Of a stretch of DNA of 33,948 nt, positions 12,263 through 24,266 are shown in pieces. The notes under the pieces are model-generated. The model ran no database searches and had not been told where the DNA came from. It saw only the letters and a list, made by a program, of their open reading frames with translations. A program made the position numbers and the translations under genes. The DNA comes from Folioceros fuciformis (lineage: Eukaryota): contig JBNGIO010006220.1 of NCBI GenBank assembly GCA_049999805.1, forward strand, positions 1-33,948, written 5' to 3'. Each line of letters starts with the position of its first letter. Position 1 is the first letter of the stretch.

Positions 12263-12493
12263 CCTAAGGAGAGGTTTGTATGACCTGTGGAGGGGTCTGT
12301 GTGACTTGAGGAGGGGTCTATGTGACCCAAGAAAAGGTTTGTGTAGCCCAAGGTGGCGTTTATGTGACTTGAGGAGGGGCCTGTGTGGCCTAAGGTGAGG
12401 TCTGGGTGACTTGAGGAGAGGCTTGTGTGGCCCAAGGAGGGGTCTGTGTGACCCAAGGTGAGGCATGTGTGACCCAAGGAGAGGATTGTGTGG
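12263..12493. repeat. 21-bp minisatellite, 11 copies
   Basis: Consensus approximately cc(c/t)aaggaggggtctgtgtga. Contiguous units, no indels, no spacers. Confidence 0.95.
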
Positions 12494-12514
12494 GAATTTT
12501 GTTACATGCTAGAG

Positions 12515-13715
12515 TGTGAGTACCTGAGAACTTGGAGTGTTGATGAAGATTGGTAATAAATTGTGTAAAGGATCAATGTGGATCGGTGATGGAGGGAAGT
12601 GATGTGGTGTGTGACCCTAATGTGCATCTACCAGTGAGATTTGGGTGCAAAATTACATGAGTGTGGTTTGGTGTGCATGAGAATCAACATGCACAGGCCA
12701 TAGCTTCCTAACAAGTGTGGCAAGCAAACTCGTGCCATCCAAACGTTGCAACGTGCACGTGCGACATACAGGTGGGTCCCACCACGGTCACTAAATCCAC
12801 TATTGTGGTGGTTGAATCCACTATAGTGGCAGAACCAAGTCCGGTGGTGGTGGATTCAAGTATGTTGGTTCATTGTGTCTAGATAGGAGCTTATTGGTGG
12901 ATTCAAGTATGTTGGTTCATTGTGTCTAAATAGGAGCTTATTAAAGGAAGACCAGAATCCATACGTTTAGAATATCTTGACATAAATCATTTCCTTAGGA
13001 GCGAATCCTAGGACTACAACGACATAGAGGGTGAATGTGCACCTACTTGTGTCCTTAGACACAAAATATCACTCTACACAAGGCATACTCAAGACTGTCC
13101 TTGCCGCGACTTCCCAAATCTTGCCAACTTGCTGCTTTTCACGACAGTCGATAGGAGGTTGCTAGGGAGGTTGGAATAGATAATATGGTCATTGCATAGT
13201 CAAGACTACCAAGACTCTTAAGACTACCTCAACTACTATGCTCAAGCACAAGAAGGCAGGTAAGGCGAGTTCGCATCCATAGCTTTCAATTTGTCTTTTA
13301 GCATTGTGTGGATAATAGGTATTATTCCCTTTTATTCCATTAATATGGAAACTTAGTTATTACGAATAATAGATAGATTTAGGTAGCTAGAAAAAGGCTA
13401 GAACCCAACAAGTGTGAACAGTCTGGAAAAACCCTACAAAGGTACTAACTCCAGAAGGCAAGGTGCAAGGAAGTGAGTCTTTGAAGTTGCACCAGGAGAC
13501 TGCCACAGCTAGAGGAGAAAGATCTTGTACCCGTGTGTCGAGAATACACGTGTACAAGAAAATGTGTCTCGACACACGAGTGTCATTTTCGTGAGTTCAT
13601 TTTCGTGTGCCCCTCAAATTGGTGAGAAGGTGTGATTGACAAACTACTAGCTAGGGCGCGTACCCTGTGCTGGCCTAGTTGCTTACACTACAACTCTTGT
13701 GATTCCCTCTCATCA
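12515..13715. mobile_element. Probable solo LTR, 1201 bp
   Basis: Starts TGTGAG and ends CTCATCA (TG...CA, imperfect terminal inverted repeat). Perfect 5-bp direct repeat TAGAG at 12510-12514 and 13716-13720. No coding capacity. Confidence 0.65.
12849..12942. repeat. 47-bp tandem duplication
   Basis: ggtggattcaagtatgttggttcattgtgtcta(g/a)ataggagcttatt twice, one mismatch. Confidence 0.95.
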
Positions 13716-14973
13716 TAGAGGAAAACACTTCAGCAGTAGGTGCACCATCAGCACTATCCTAACCCATGAAGCCTCTTTGGGGTTGGACACCTTGCTATGC
13801 GACGGGTTCCTTTGATCCCGCAATTCATCCACATTCCACTTCCTAGTTGGCGATAGTGAGGGCACCCCAATACAGACTAATAACTCTACTGTTGTCATGG
13901 CCAAGGTTGGGTGGTTTGATTGTACACTAGGTTGCAGCCCTCATTATGGTGGCAATGAGGGAGCCAACATCACTTATAGTTGCAAGATGTAGACCTAACC
14001 CGTTCGAGTAATTCGAGGTCCGTTAGGAATATAAAATGTAGAAAGGAAAAAAAGAATTTTGCTCATTCCGGAAAACAGGTCCGGGTGCGATCCGAGGTCT
14101 ACCCCGGTATTTATTTTCGGACCAACACATGGCCACGTAATTGTGGAGATGACCTGCAGCCTTTTTGGTGCATGAACACTTCGATCGATTGCCTCCATCC
14201 TCATGCTGCAATTTACTACAACTAGCTACACTACCTTTATCTAGGAGTTGAAGTGCCCCTAGATGTGATATAGAAACAAAGCTAGCCTCAACAAAGAGGA
14301 CTTCTCTTGCCAAAGGCACTTCACCTCATGCCATAGTCTCTTGGGTTACTATTGGGCCCCAATCTCCCAACGGTTCAGTAGGAGCATCATAATTAACCAA
14401 ATCAAATCTTTAAGTGCTAGGTCCATTAGAATAGACTTCATCTTCTTCTTTACATGTATAAATAAAAAAAGAGATTGAATATTCTAATATGTTAGTTGGA
14501 TAGTGCCAATTTGTTGGGGGGAATTGTATCGGCCGATTCTCACCGTACATGGGTACAAGTTGTGTACTTGTTGGATTCCTGTAACTGCAAAAATCTATAG
14601 CTATTTTAAGATTAATATTAAAGAAGTACAAATTTAAAGCTCACTAGTAATGTTACTCACAACTTTCCAATGATAGTAGCCGCGTATGTGACGGTCACAT
14701 GGAGTCCCCTCCTAGTGATGAAGATTCGTGGTCGACCCCCACCACTTGTGTAGACAAGGGGGGGTTGTGAGAAGGGATGGAATGGTCCGGTCGTCCGGGG
14801 CGTCGGAATCGTGGATATCCTAAGCCCCCCCCCACTGCACCTGGCACAAACGGATGGGGTCCAGTGACGAGCCGCCAGCAGACTGGAAGTAGGGTTTTAT
14901 TTTAGTCGCAAACGCAGCTCCTGAAGCACTTCCTAAACGGCGGGCCCGAACGTTGGACTCCAACCTGCTCCAG

Positions 14974-14980
14974 TATAAAA
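14974..14980 (+). promoter_or_regulatory. TATA box of the HAK gene
   Basis: TATAAAA in a GC-rich context, 58 bp upstream of the first ATG. Confidence 0.55.
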
Positions 14981-15031
14981 CGCGGGCAGGCCTATGGCAG
15001 GGCACCACTCACCAGTTGTTCCTCGCTTTTC

Positions 15032-18000
15032 ATGGCGCCTGGGCTTTCTATGGAACAGGACTCCCAGGGCCAGGTCCAGGGCCAGGGCAAGGGTCAGGAC
15101 GCAACTCAGGCACTACCACATCCCGAGCAGTCCAATGGGGATTTGCAATTGGCGGAGGACGGCGATCTCAACGGTTCCAAGCGACACGCAGATGCAGAGC
15201 CCGACTGGACGCCTCCTGATTCCATCAGACCGCTGGGCCGAGCGGATTCGCTGGATGTGGAAGCCAGCCGGCTCAAAGGCTGGTCTCCCGAACGCAAAGT
15301 AAGTGAGTGAATGTGCATTGCAAGCGTGCGAGCCAGGCACGGGGTTTTTGTTTGGATGATGGGATTAGTAAAGTGAGTGAATGTCCGTTGCAAGCATCCA
15401 AGACAGGCACGGGGTTTCGGTTTGGGTGAGGGGATTAGTGTCTCATGGGCTCTGCTGTTGTGGGTGGAGGCAGACCTTGACGACTGCAGTCATTCTGCGG
15501 CTGGCGTACCAGAGCATCGGGGTGGTGTACGGAGATGTGGGGACGTCGCCTCTGTACGTCTACGAGACGGCGTTTCCGAACGGGCTCACCGACAGCGTTA
15601 AAGACAAGCAGAACCTGCTGGGGGCGCTCTCGCTTATCATTTACACCCTTACTCTCAGCCCGCTCTTCAAGTATGTCGCCATTGTCCTCAGGGCCAACGA
15701 CAATGGGAATGGTGAGATGCGTGTGGGTGAAATTTCTCCTTGCTGCGCATTGGCTGCGCGCGCTCAGGGCGGGTGATGAATTGTGGCCTGCGCGTGAGCG
15801 TGAGCGCTGCAGGTGGGACGTTTGCTCTTTACTCTCTCATTTGCCGTCACGCCAAGGTGGGGCTCGTGGGGAATCAGAATTACGAGGACCGGGAGCTGTC
15901 TACCTACAGCCTCACGATGCCTTCGCGGAGGAGGAAGATTGCGGGCTGGCTGAAGGATCGGCTGGAGGGCAGCTTGCTTCTCAAAAATGTGCTGCTGATC
16001 TTGGTCTGCATTGGGACGTCTCTCATCATCGGAGATGGTACCTTGACGCCCTCCATCTCAGGTTAGGGGGGCCTGCCCTACAACGTCGCACGCCACGCCG
16101 CGCCCCACCGCGCCCTCTTGCTTGAATCTGCTTTCTGCACGCCTACCTTGAACTAGCTTGTTGCTTCCGTTATTGCTGCTCACTCCAGATTGGTGATGGG
16201 CAACAGTCTTGTCGGCTGTATCCGGGCTGCAAATCAACAAGAGCACCAACGTGAGCCAGTGTATGTATGCACAAATTCACGGTGTTTGGAGCCAGGAGCG
16301 AGCTGATTGCTCTGATGATTAGCCACTTCCAGTCATGAATTTCGCACACGCAATTAATTGGGTTCCTTCACATTTGCAGCTGTGGTGGTGGGGATCACGG
16401 TGGTCATCCTCATCTTGCTTTTCGCGTTGCAACACAAGGGAACGGACAAAGTTGGCTTTCTCTTTGCGCCGGCCGTTTGTACTTGGTTTTTGACCAATTC
16501 CCTGATTGGCGTGTACAACATTGCGAGGCATGATCCCTCCATCCTCAAGGCCTTCAACCCTCAGTACATCTACTACTACTTCCGCAACAACAAAGGGGAT
16601 GGGTGGATACATCTGGGTGGAATCGTACTGGCCATTACAGGTCAGCTTTCCAACCGCATCTTTGTTTGGAATCTCTGTGTAACCTTTAGCTTGCACAAGG
16701 GCGTCAAGCCTGACTTTTTGTACTGAATGCGGAACATGCAGGAACGGAAGCTATGTTTGCCGACCTGGCCCACTTCTCTGTGCCCTCAATCCGAGTATGT
16801 TGCCTCATCTTGACTGCATATATTTGTGACTCAAGCAGTTGAATACTGTGCGAAGTAAGTTTCCTCTCATTGTGGAGCTGCTGTACGCAGATTGCTTTTG
16901 CTGGCTTCGTGTACCCGAGTCTCTTGCTCACTTACTGCGGCCAGGCTGCGTATCTCATGAAACACCCGGAAAACGTCGACAAGACATTCTACAAGTCGAT
17001 ACCATGTGAGTAGTCTTTTGAGCTGCAGCAAATCCAAACCAGTTGTAGGCAGTTGAAAGACAATCTTTCTGACAAGACTTTGGTCCTGTGGAAAACTGGC
17101 AGCTCCCGTGTACTGGCCCATGTTCGCTGTGGCAACAGCAGCTGCCATCATCGCCAGCCAGGCCATGATCTCCGCAGTCTACTCCATTCTCAGCCAGTCC
17201 ATGGCAATGAGCTGCTTCCCTCGGGTTAAGATAATCCACACATCAAAACGCTTCCACGGTCAAATCTACATCCCAGAGATCAACTGGTTGCTCATGATCC
17301 TCTGCATCACTATCACACTGGGGTTCCGGAGCACCACCACCATCGGCAACGCCTACGGCATCGCAGTGGTGGGGGTGTTTGTCATCACCACCATTCTGGT
17401 CACGCTCATCATGCTGCTGATATGGCAGGTGAACGTGCTGCTGGCCCTGCTTTTTCTCTTCGGGGTGGGCTCGGTAGAGCTCGTGTACCTATCGGCAGTG
17501 CTGTACAAGGTGCCACAGGGCGGTTGGGTGCCCTTGGTCTTCGCCGTGGTCTTCCTCACCGTCCAGTATTCATGGCAGTACGTACAGGTGCACAAGTACC
17601 GCTATGAGATGAACAACAAGTTGTCCCTGGACTGGGTGGTTGGGTTGGGATCCAACTTGGGGGTGGTGAGAGTGCCAGGCATCGCTCTCGTCTACACCGA
17701 GCTGGCGCAGGGCGTGCCTGCCATCTTCTCCCACCTCATCACCAACCTTCCTGCCATCCACTCCACCGTGGTGTTTGTGTGCATCAAGCACCTGCCGCTG
17801 GCGCACGTGCCGGAGGACGAGCGCATCCTCATCCGCCGGCTGGGCCCTAAGGAGTACCGGATGTATCGCTGTGCTGTGCGATATGGGTACGTGGATGCGG
17901 AAACCGAGACTGCCACGGATTTCGAGCGAAGATTGGTGCAGGGCCTGTCAGACTTTCTGCGTATGGAGGCACCAGAGTTGGATGTCGGATCAGGCCGGGC

Positions 18001-18376
18001 CAACGGAAAAGAGAAATTGCAGCTTGCTCTCATGAGCGAAACAGAATCCGCAGATAGCAGACGCAAAAATTCCATCAGTTCAACCTCGGACAGATTCGAC
18101 GGCATTGTGCCAGGCTCCAGGCAGGGGAGCGCTGACAGGTTGCCGGGGGTGGGTGTGGCGGGGGAGCTTGGCTTCCTGCAGCAGGCCAAGCAGGCAGGTG
18201 TGGTGTATCTGTTGGGGTCGGTGGATTTGCAGGCAGACCCGAATTCCAGCGTCTTGCGCAAGTTCATCATAGACTCTCTGTTCGCTTTCCTGAGAAGAAA
18301 TTCCCGGGACAGCAGCTTTACGCTCCATATTCCTCACAACAGGCTTTTACGAGTGGGTGTGACCAACCAGATCTGA
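15032..18376 (+). CDS. HAK: KT/HAK/KUP family potassium transporter, 8 exons, about 836 aa
   Basis: Exons 15032-15298, 15474-15711, 15813-16061, 16207-16260, 16380-16640, 16742-16794, 16891-17005, 17103-18376, all GT-AG and in frame (2511 nt). Motifs: [70 protein letters not shown]. Alternative start at 15050. Confidence 0.97.
15301..15440. repeat. 70-bp tandem duplication forming most of HAK intron 1
   Basis: aagtgagtgaatgt...caggcacggggttt...gggattagt at 15301 and 15371. Confidence 0.85.
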
Positions 18377-19633
18377 TCACATTCATCGCGTGCGTCACCT
18401 TTTCCACAGCAATGTGGGAATATGCGCACCAACTCCCAAACTTCGAATGGGAGTGATTGGGAACGGGTGGATTGGAAATGGTGCAAACTGTGACTGTCAT
18501 CAAGTGTGAATTTCCGGGAGGTGGAACAACGTCTGCTATTTGGTAAGGCAGGAGAAAGTCACATGTGTCCCAGACAAGGTGGCATTCAATTACTGTAAGA
18601 GTAAATGTACAGATGATGAGTTGCCCAGCTTTTGCTTCCCGACTACAGTCCGCTTGGAAATGTTCTTGTTCTCATTGCTGGACAGTGTTTAAAGTGTTAC
18701 AAAATCTTCTGTTTCGGACCAGGTCGTTAGCTTACGAAACACCTGCTCGCACACACTCTATGCCTCCCTGTTATGGAGAAAGTCTGACCCATTTCCACCT
18801 CCACCACAGTTGCAACCATTTGGAAGTCTCGCTCAAGCTGCAGGAATGAAGATGCATGCAGTGATCCTTGACTCATCGACATATCCGCGAGAAGAGGGTG
18901 CGTCGCTCAAGTCTCCAGCTAGAAACCCAAATTGCCTGAGCCTCCTGAAAGAAAGCATAGTACATACTACTTGCGCACACTCTACCTTCTAGCTTGGCTA
19001 TTGGGCACCCTCTGCCCAGCTCAGCCTGTTTGCAACCGAGAAGGAACGAAGAAGGATAGACTATGGTAATGACCGTTACCATAGTAGCCTGTCCTTGGTT
19101 TTCTCGTTCTTCTCTGGATTTCTAGTTGCAGGACCAGTTTCAAGACTGCAGTCGACAGAATCATTTGGAAAGACGTTTGTTAGTATTCCGCACCTGACCT
19201 AAATCGCTTGCAGACATCTAGCATCCCGAGTCAAGACCTTCATGCTGCAATGTTCTCAGACCACATGTACAGCCAATAGCTCTTGAACCGTACATTGCAA
19301 CAAACCAGAAGCCAGCGAGCGAACTATCCATCAGACTCTGGGAACACAAAGATATGTGCAAGCTGTGACCCATCTTGCCCAACTCTGCACTCGTAGGTGA
19401 TGAAAGCCATCCGAAGGCCTCGTATAAAATATCACAATCCCAATGGCAACGTCACATGCGGACCTGGCTCTCGTCAGCCCTTGTCACACAAGTACAGAAT
19501 TTAGAATTGCGTGTCTGCGTCCAAGACCTTCTGTCACCCCTTCCCATCCAAATAAAACCGGTCAGCTAGCCCCGCAGTCCAGACACTTGACAAGAAGGCT
19601 AACGTGCTGGAAACCTTGGCAATGCTGCATCAC

Positions 19634-20952
19634 TTATCCAAAATCGACCAGCTTCCAAAGGTCACTGCGGCATCGTTGGACTGTCGGCCAAGGGGCCCAC
19701 TTGACAAAACATGGCTCAGAGGTAACTCCTCTTTCCCAGGACAGGAGGGGGACCCGCCGCTGTTCAACCTGGTCCACTACTTACTTGCCCAAAACTGTAA
19801 CCCAAGTACATGCTGGAAGTCAACCTCCTACAGTACAGTAAACCGATTTTGTGCTCTGCGAATGGGAATACATACATATGTAGGTCCGCACACCTCATCA
19901 GCCACTTCGCTGAACAACGTGGCCCACCTAACTGCGCATGGGCACAGGAAAAGGTTGAAGTCCCCAGCTCGAGCAATGTGAAATATAGTTTCCCATATGC
20001 GTCAACAGTACTAGGAAACCCCTTTTGAAGGAACACACCTCTCCAGTTCATGAATGACAATGTTCATCAGCAACTGGCCCGGAATCCAGAGCCTGGATTG
20101 CGACGAGGGTACGTCATAACTGTTACGACAACGGTGTCCGATGTCGGTGCTTTAATGGTGAGCCTGATGGTAGATTTTATTGACAGTAGCCCCCTTGGGC
20201 TTTTGCTGCAGGTGGCCTGACTTCATCCTGGATCTTTCTGAGAGTAGCCTGGTGGAGCGTTTACAACACATTCATCCAACCATACACAATGGTGCTTGAC
20301 GTGACCCTTTGTACATGTCAGTCCTGAGGGGAAGCGCCGATTGAGCCTACCTCTCGTCATCCCCGCAGAACTTGCCGCAAAATGCAGCTGTCCAGTGTCC
20401 TGTATGTGCTCCTTTCGGGCCCACAATGAGCGATGTAGTGTGGAGAGTTCGGACGAAGCTGCATCGGCGTCCAACTGATTCGAGACTCCGTCTCCAGGCA
20501 TCTATGTATGTCGTCATCGCATGGTCCACGTAGCCAGCCACAGCCAGTTGAGTCTACCAGCCAAGATCTGGAAGAGAAAAGGATTTCTCCTTACTGAGAG
20601 GTGAATCGTGATTCAACTCTCCTAGATGCTCTACTCCTAGCCATCCCGGCTCTGAGAACCTGATGCTTCTCTAAAAATCGAAGGATTGAACCAACTGCCT
20701 ATCGGCGTGACACTAATAGGACACAATCGGGATCAACAACTGCGTAGGAAACTTTCAATATCAGACTCTCCGTGGAATTATTAGCTTCAAGAAGCTTCAG
20801 GAACAGGGCCTGCACTGTGTAAACTCTTGAATCGATCGATGATGTGGTTGGGATGGTGTTCCCCGTGGGCTGGACAGTCAGTCTCTAATATCCAGTAGCT
20901 TGTGTACGCTTGTTTACAGTTTCCTCCACGATGAGCCGTGTCAGATCCGTGT
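19634..20952 (-). CDS. Putative multi-exon gene of unknown function; 5' end not found; may be a pseudogene
   Basis: Hand-spliced GT-AG exons about 20952-20918, 20809-20753, 20698-20660, 20553-20351, 20248-20222, 20119-20039, 19927-19876, 19827-19785 and 19680-19634 join in one frame to a TAA. Six of eight introns are 102-111 bp and two are short (48, 54). No family recognised. Confidence 0.42.
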
Positions 20953-21993
20953 CTCATTCTGTGTCCCCGGCCATTGGGCAATGGGCGTGGGTGCACGCAA
21001 CCTGGAAGATGTGGAACCGGCTCTGCCCTGCAATCTACTGCAAACTTCACGACTGGCCCGTCGGATGTCCGTGAGGCGAGGTGAGGATTCCCACCTGCCC
21101 ATCGAGCGTCTAGAGGATTTCTGGCTGCACTGTCGCTTGTGGTCCGAGCTCGAGGGGAAGGACAGTACTGTATGTACAGGTTCTGCGCTGGAGGAGAGGG
21201 CGTGGGAGGCTTTCATCTCCTTCTTCTGTTGACGCCGTCGATTGACTCAGTTTACAATCGGGAGCAAATCGCACGGGTGCTGCTGTACGAATTGTGCTCC
21301 TGTACGAAACGTACAGAACAGGCCAGTGGTCAGCGCATCTTTCTGGTAGCCTCGGGAAGTGTAAGAGGATCAGACCAAATCGCTGCTGATGTAAGACTTG
21401 CTTGCCGAAGCTGTGCATACAGCTCCGATCTCTGGCACAAGCCTCTGCATTCTGTTCACCAAGTCCGTCGCTAGACGCCCAAAAGAAGCTTGGTGTGCCG
21501 GTGTTCACGCTTCCTCCTACCGACCGTGCCAGCAAAGCTACAGCCTCACTGTTGCTCAGGCCGCGCTTGCTATCAAAGGAAAGCACAAATAATTCTGGTC
21601 AAATGTCCAAATTATCTTAATCGATTATTAAGTACTCAAGCTCTTACCAATTTCTCGGTCTGTTTGGGGCCTACCCACATGCCTGTTGGTTGTGAGCTGG
21701 CCATCCAATACGCGCTGGTAAAGATGATGAGGAATAAGATGGCAACAATTAGTACTCAAACACACAAACACGGGCTAAACATCTGAACCTGAGAGCTCCT
21801 GCTACTGCTGTGGTGTCTTAAGCCACAGATTCTGGAGGTAGTAGAGCCAAGGCTTGAAAATTTGGGTTTAGGTGAATGCTGATTTGTTGTCTTACTAGTG
21901 TTGAGCTGGCTCCATTTAAATTTGTATGCAATTCCTCGACAATGTGTTAGGGTTCTTAGATATGATGTCAGACCCTCCTCCAAGGACTGGCCT

Positions 21994-22044
21994 TTTGACA
22001 GGCTCGGTGGGCAGGATGTGGTGTCATGGAGTGCGCTGATAGCA
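21994..22044 (+). pseudogene. PLS-class PPR motif remnant
   Basis: FDRLGGQDVVSWSALIA matches the FDxMxxRDVVSWNAMI pattern. Confidence 0.65.
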
Positions 22045-22210
22045 GAGACGTATTCCCTTTGCTCTTTGAATTCAGAAGTACGACAATTTAGGTGCCCACA
22101 CCGACACATACCCCACAGAGACAGGCACACCATTGTTCAGGGAATGGAGAGCAGCCACCCCTACTCTCGTCAAATAGCGATGGAGGGATCCTGCCGACAA
22201 TACAGAGCCA

Positions 22211-22295
22211 GGCTATCATAGCCTTCCATGTCACCACATGCTGTTCACCAAGTCCATCAAACGTCTCTGATCTGAGCATCTTCCCAGCTGCCACG
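22211..22295 (-). pseudogene. PLS-class PPR motif remnant, frameshifted
   Basis: RGSWEDAQIRD / FDGLGEQHVVTWKAMIA matches the CGSLEDARxVFDxMxxRDVVTWNAMIA pattern. Confidence 0.65.
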
Positions 22296-23363
22296 CCAAA
22301 TTCACGGCCCAAGAGTGTATAGTGCTTTTCCTGCCCGAAGGCTGGCAGTCTTTGCATTAATTACTGTTTTCTCAGCTGCGATGCTTTCGACATGTACAGT
22401 CTCACCACCAGAAGCAACTTTGCGGGCCTGGATTTCAGAGATTCCTTCAGAACTTCAACACTTGAGCACTTCCATTGCTGTGCATCCAGGAGTGCGATGT
22501 GGAGTGCGGCCAAACTGCCTGGCTGAGAGGCCTGGCCTCCCGCCTCGTCTCACACAGACAGTACCGTTATGTAACTGCCAGGAGCGGGAACAGGTTTTTG
22601 GTTTTTCCTTCCCGCCACCCAGGGAGGGCGGCAACGCAAAACTGCGCGGCGGCCGTGGGTTCTTGATCAAACCGCTCGCTCCCTCCCTCCCTGCCTCTCT
22701 CCCTCCTGGTTTTCTTGATTCGGTTTCAGGCATTCCCTGTCCCACGTGACGGCAAACTCGACTGGCAGTGGTGTCCCGGGGGTTTTGTGACGCGCCTGGA
22801 CCCTGGCTCCCGACCACCCTGATGACAAGCAATCGCGACAGGGCTGCGCGCAGGATGGGACCCTCCCCTCAACGTGCACCCCTGGGCCAGCCTAGCCAAA
22901 TGCTGTTTCCCTTCAACTTCCCGCCAGCTCGTGTTCCAGCAGGAAAGGCCTGCACCTAGTAGGTACTCCTCTGTCGGCTTTATGCCCGTGCGCACTTCCT
23001 GCTCTGACTACTGCTCTGGTATGATCTTGGATGTGATTATGCCGCACAATTTGGGAGTCCTGATTTAGCACCTACATTTCGAATGTTCGTGTCCAGGTCT
23101 GCGGACTCTGTCGCAATTTTCTCTGCTGCTTTCGCTTTTTACCAAGGAGCTTGTGGAGCGTTGCTGTAGTGCTGTCTGTGCTCTTGAAGGATCCGGAACT
23201 TCTAGTGGTGTTCTCAAGGACCTGCGCCGCTGCTCTGGAAAGTGTTTGTGAAGGGAATTGTCGTTATATTGAGAGTTGTTGAATTCGAAAGCTTGTTCAC
23301 ACTGTCTGCTGTCTGGAGAGGGTGCTTGGTTCGGTCAAGGAGCTTGTGTGCTTGAGGGCCGCC

Positions 23364-24266
23364 ATGGCCACCACAGCTTCTTCACATGCTGTGGTACTCA
23401 TCGTCATCTTCTCTTCACTGTTTCCCCCCAAAGCTATCGAGGCGGGAACTGCCCGTGTCTTTGGAGATCCTCATTTTGTGGGTTGGGATGGTGTGAATTT
23501 CGACTTTACTGGCAAGCCGGGGTCTACCTACTGCATGATCTCTGACCCTAAAATTCAAATCAACATGCATTTGGAAGGCCGCGTCGATTTTGATGTGCCC
23601 GAGGGCCAGAATGTGACCAGGACGTGGATCACTTCACTTGGCCTTCTCTTCGGATATCACAGGATTGCCTTGTTTGCACGTCGTGGAGCAGACTTGAGTC
23701 ACTCCACCAGTTTTCTTGAAAGGATACATGCGGACGGGGAGACACTCTATATGCCATTAGGGTCCACGTACATAGCCCCGAATGGAGAGTATGTCATCAG
23801 TTATGACAGCAGCGATGAAGATGGCCTCTCACCTTACGACACTTACACAGTAACTTGTAGGAATCTGGCCAAGATGCGCCTTACTATCAGGCCTGAGCTT
23901 CCTGATTTACGTCTCGCATCAGATGCATTTGTCCACTTTGCTGTGGAAATAATCCAAGCAGGACTTTCACCCTCCGTGCATGGGGTGTTAGGACAAACTC
24001 ACATGAATGCCCTCGGCCGTAGCAACAATGGTTCCTACAAGACAAAGTGGAACAACTTGCTGCTGGTGCAGCAAGTGGATTCACCTAACGGCGAAGGATA
24101 TTTGGATGGAACTGTACAGGATTATGAGGTCTCGGACCTGCTTCACTCTGACTGCCGCTTCTCCAGATTTGATGTGAATCCCGACTCTGAGCCAAGCGAG
24201 CCAAGGGTTGAAGTGTCCTCAGGCTACGTCCGCAAGTATTTCAGGGGCCACGGGGAGTTTTCTTGA
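23364..24266 (+). CDS. Secreted root cap / LEA-related family protein, intronless, 300 aa
   Basis: ATG in gccgccATGg context and a hydrophobic signal peptide. Motifs GDPHFVGWDGVNFDFTG, YCMISD..QINMH..G, TWITSLG, LSPSVHGVLGQT and DYEVSDLLHSDCRFSRF are typical of the plant Root_cap family. Confidence 0.9.
   Translation: MATTASSHAVVLIVIFSSLFPPKAIEAGTARVFGDPHFVGWDGVNFDFTGKPGSTYCMISDPKIQINMHLEGRVDFDVPEGQNVTRTWITSLGLLFGYHRIALFARRGADLSHSTSFLERIHADGETLYMPLGSTYIAPNGEYVISYDSSDEDGLSPYDTYTVTCRNLAKMRLTIRPELPDLRLASDAFVHFAVEIIQAGLSPSVHGVLGQTHMNALGRSNNGSYKTKWNNLLLVQQVDSPNGEGYLDGTVQDYEVSDLLHSDCRFSRFDVNPDSEPSEPRVEVSSGYVRKYFRGHGEFS

Noticed and set aside
12263-12493. Repeat array as a CRISPR
   Set aside because: Units are contiguous and degenerate with no unique spacers, there are no cas genes, and the context is eukaryotic.
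13977-14224. Possible MITE suggested by short inverted matches
   Set aside because: The matches are only 7-8 bp, mutually inconsistent, and lack a TSD.
17692-18270. 192-aa minus-strand ORF, and similar antisense ORFs over the LINE and P450
   Set aside because: These are shadow frames of GC-rich coding sequence on the opposite strand, with no motifs.
19634-19660. KLVDFG as a protein kinase DFG motif
   Set aside because: It is followed immediately by a stop, and no HRD, VAIK or APE motifs occur in the predicted exons.
22315-23068. Several 60-145-aa ORFs in the GC-rich stretch upstream of the root-cap gene
   Set aside because: They overlap on both strands and have no recognisable motifs; this is more likely promoter or UTR sequence.
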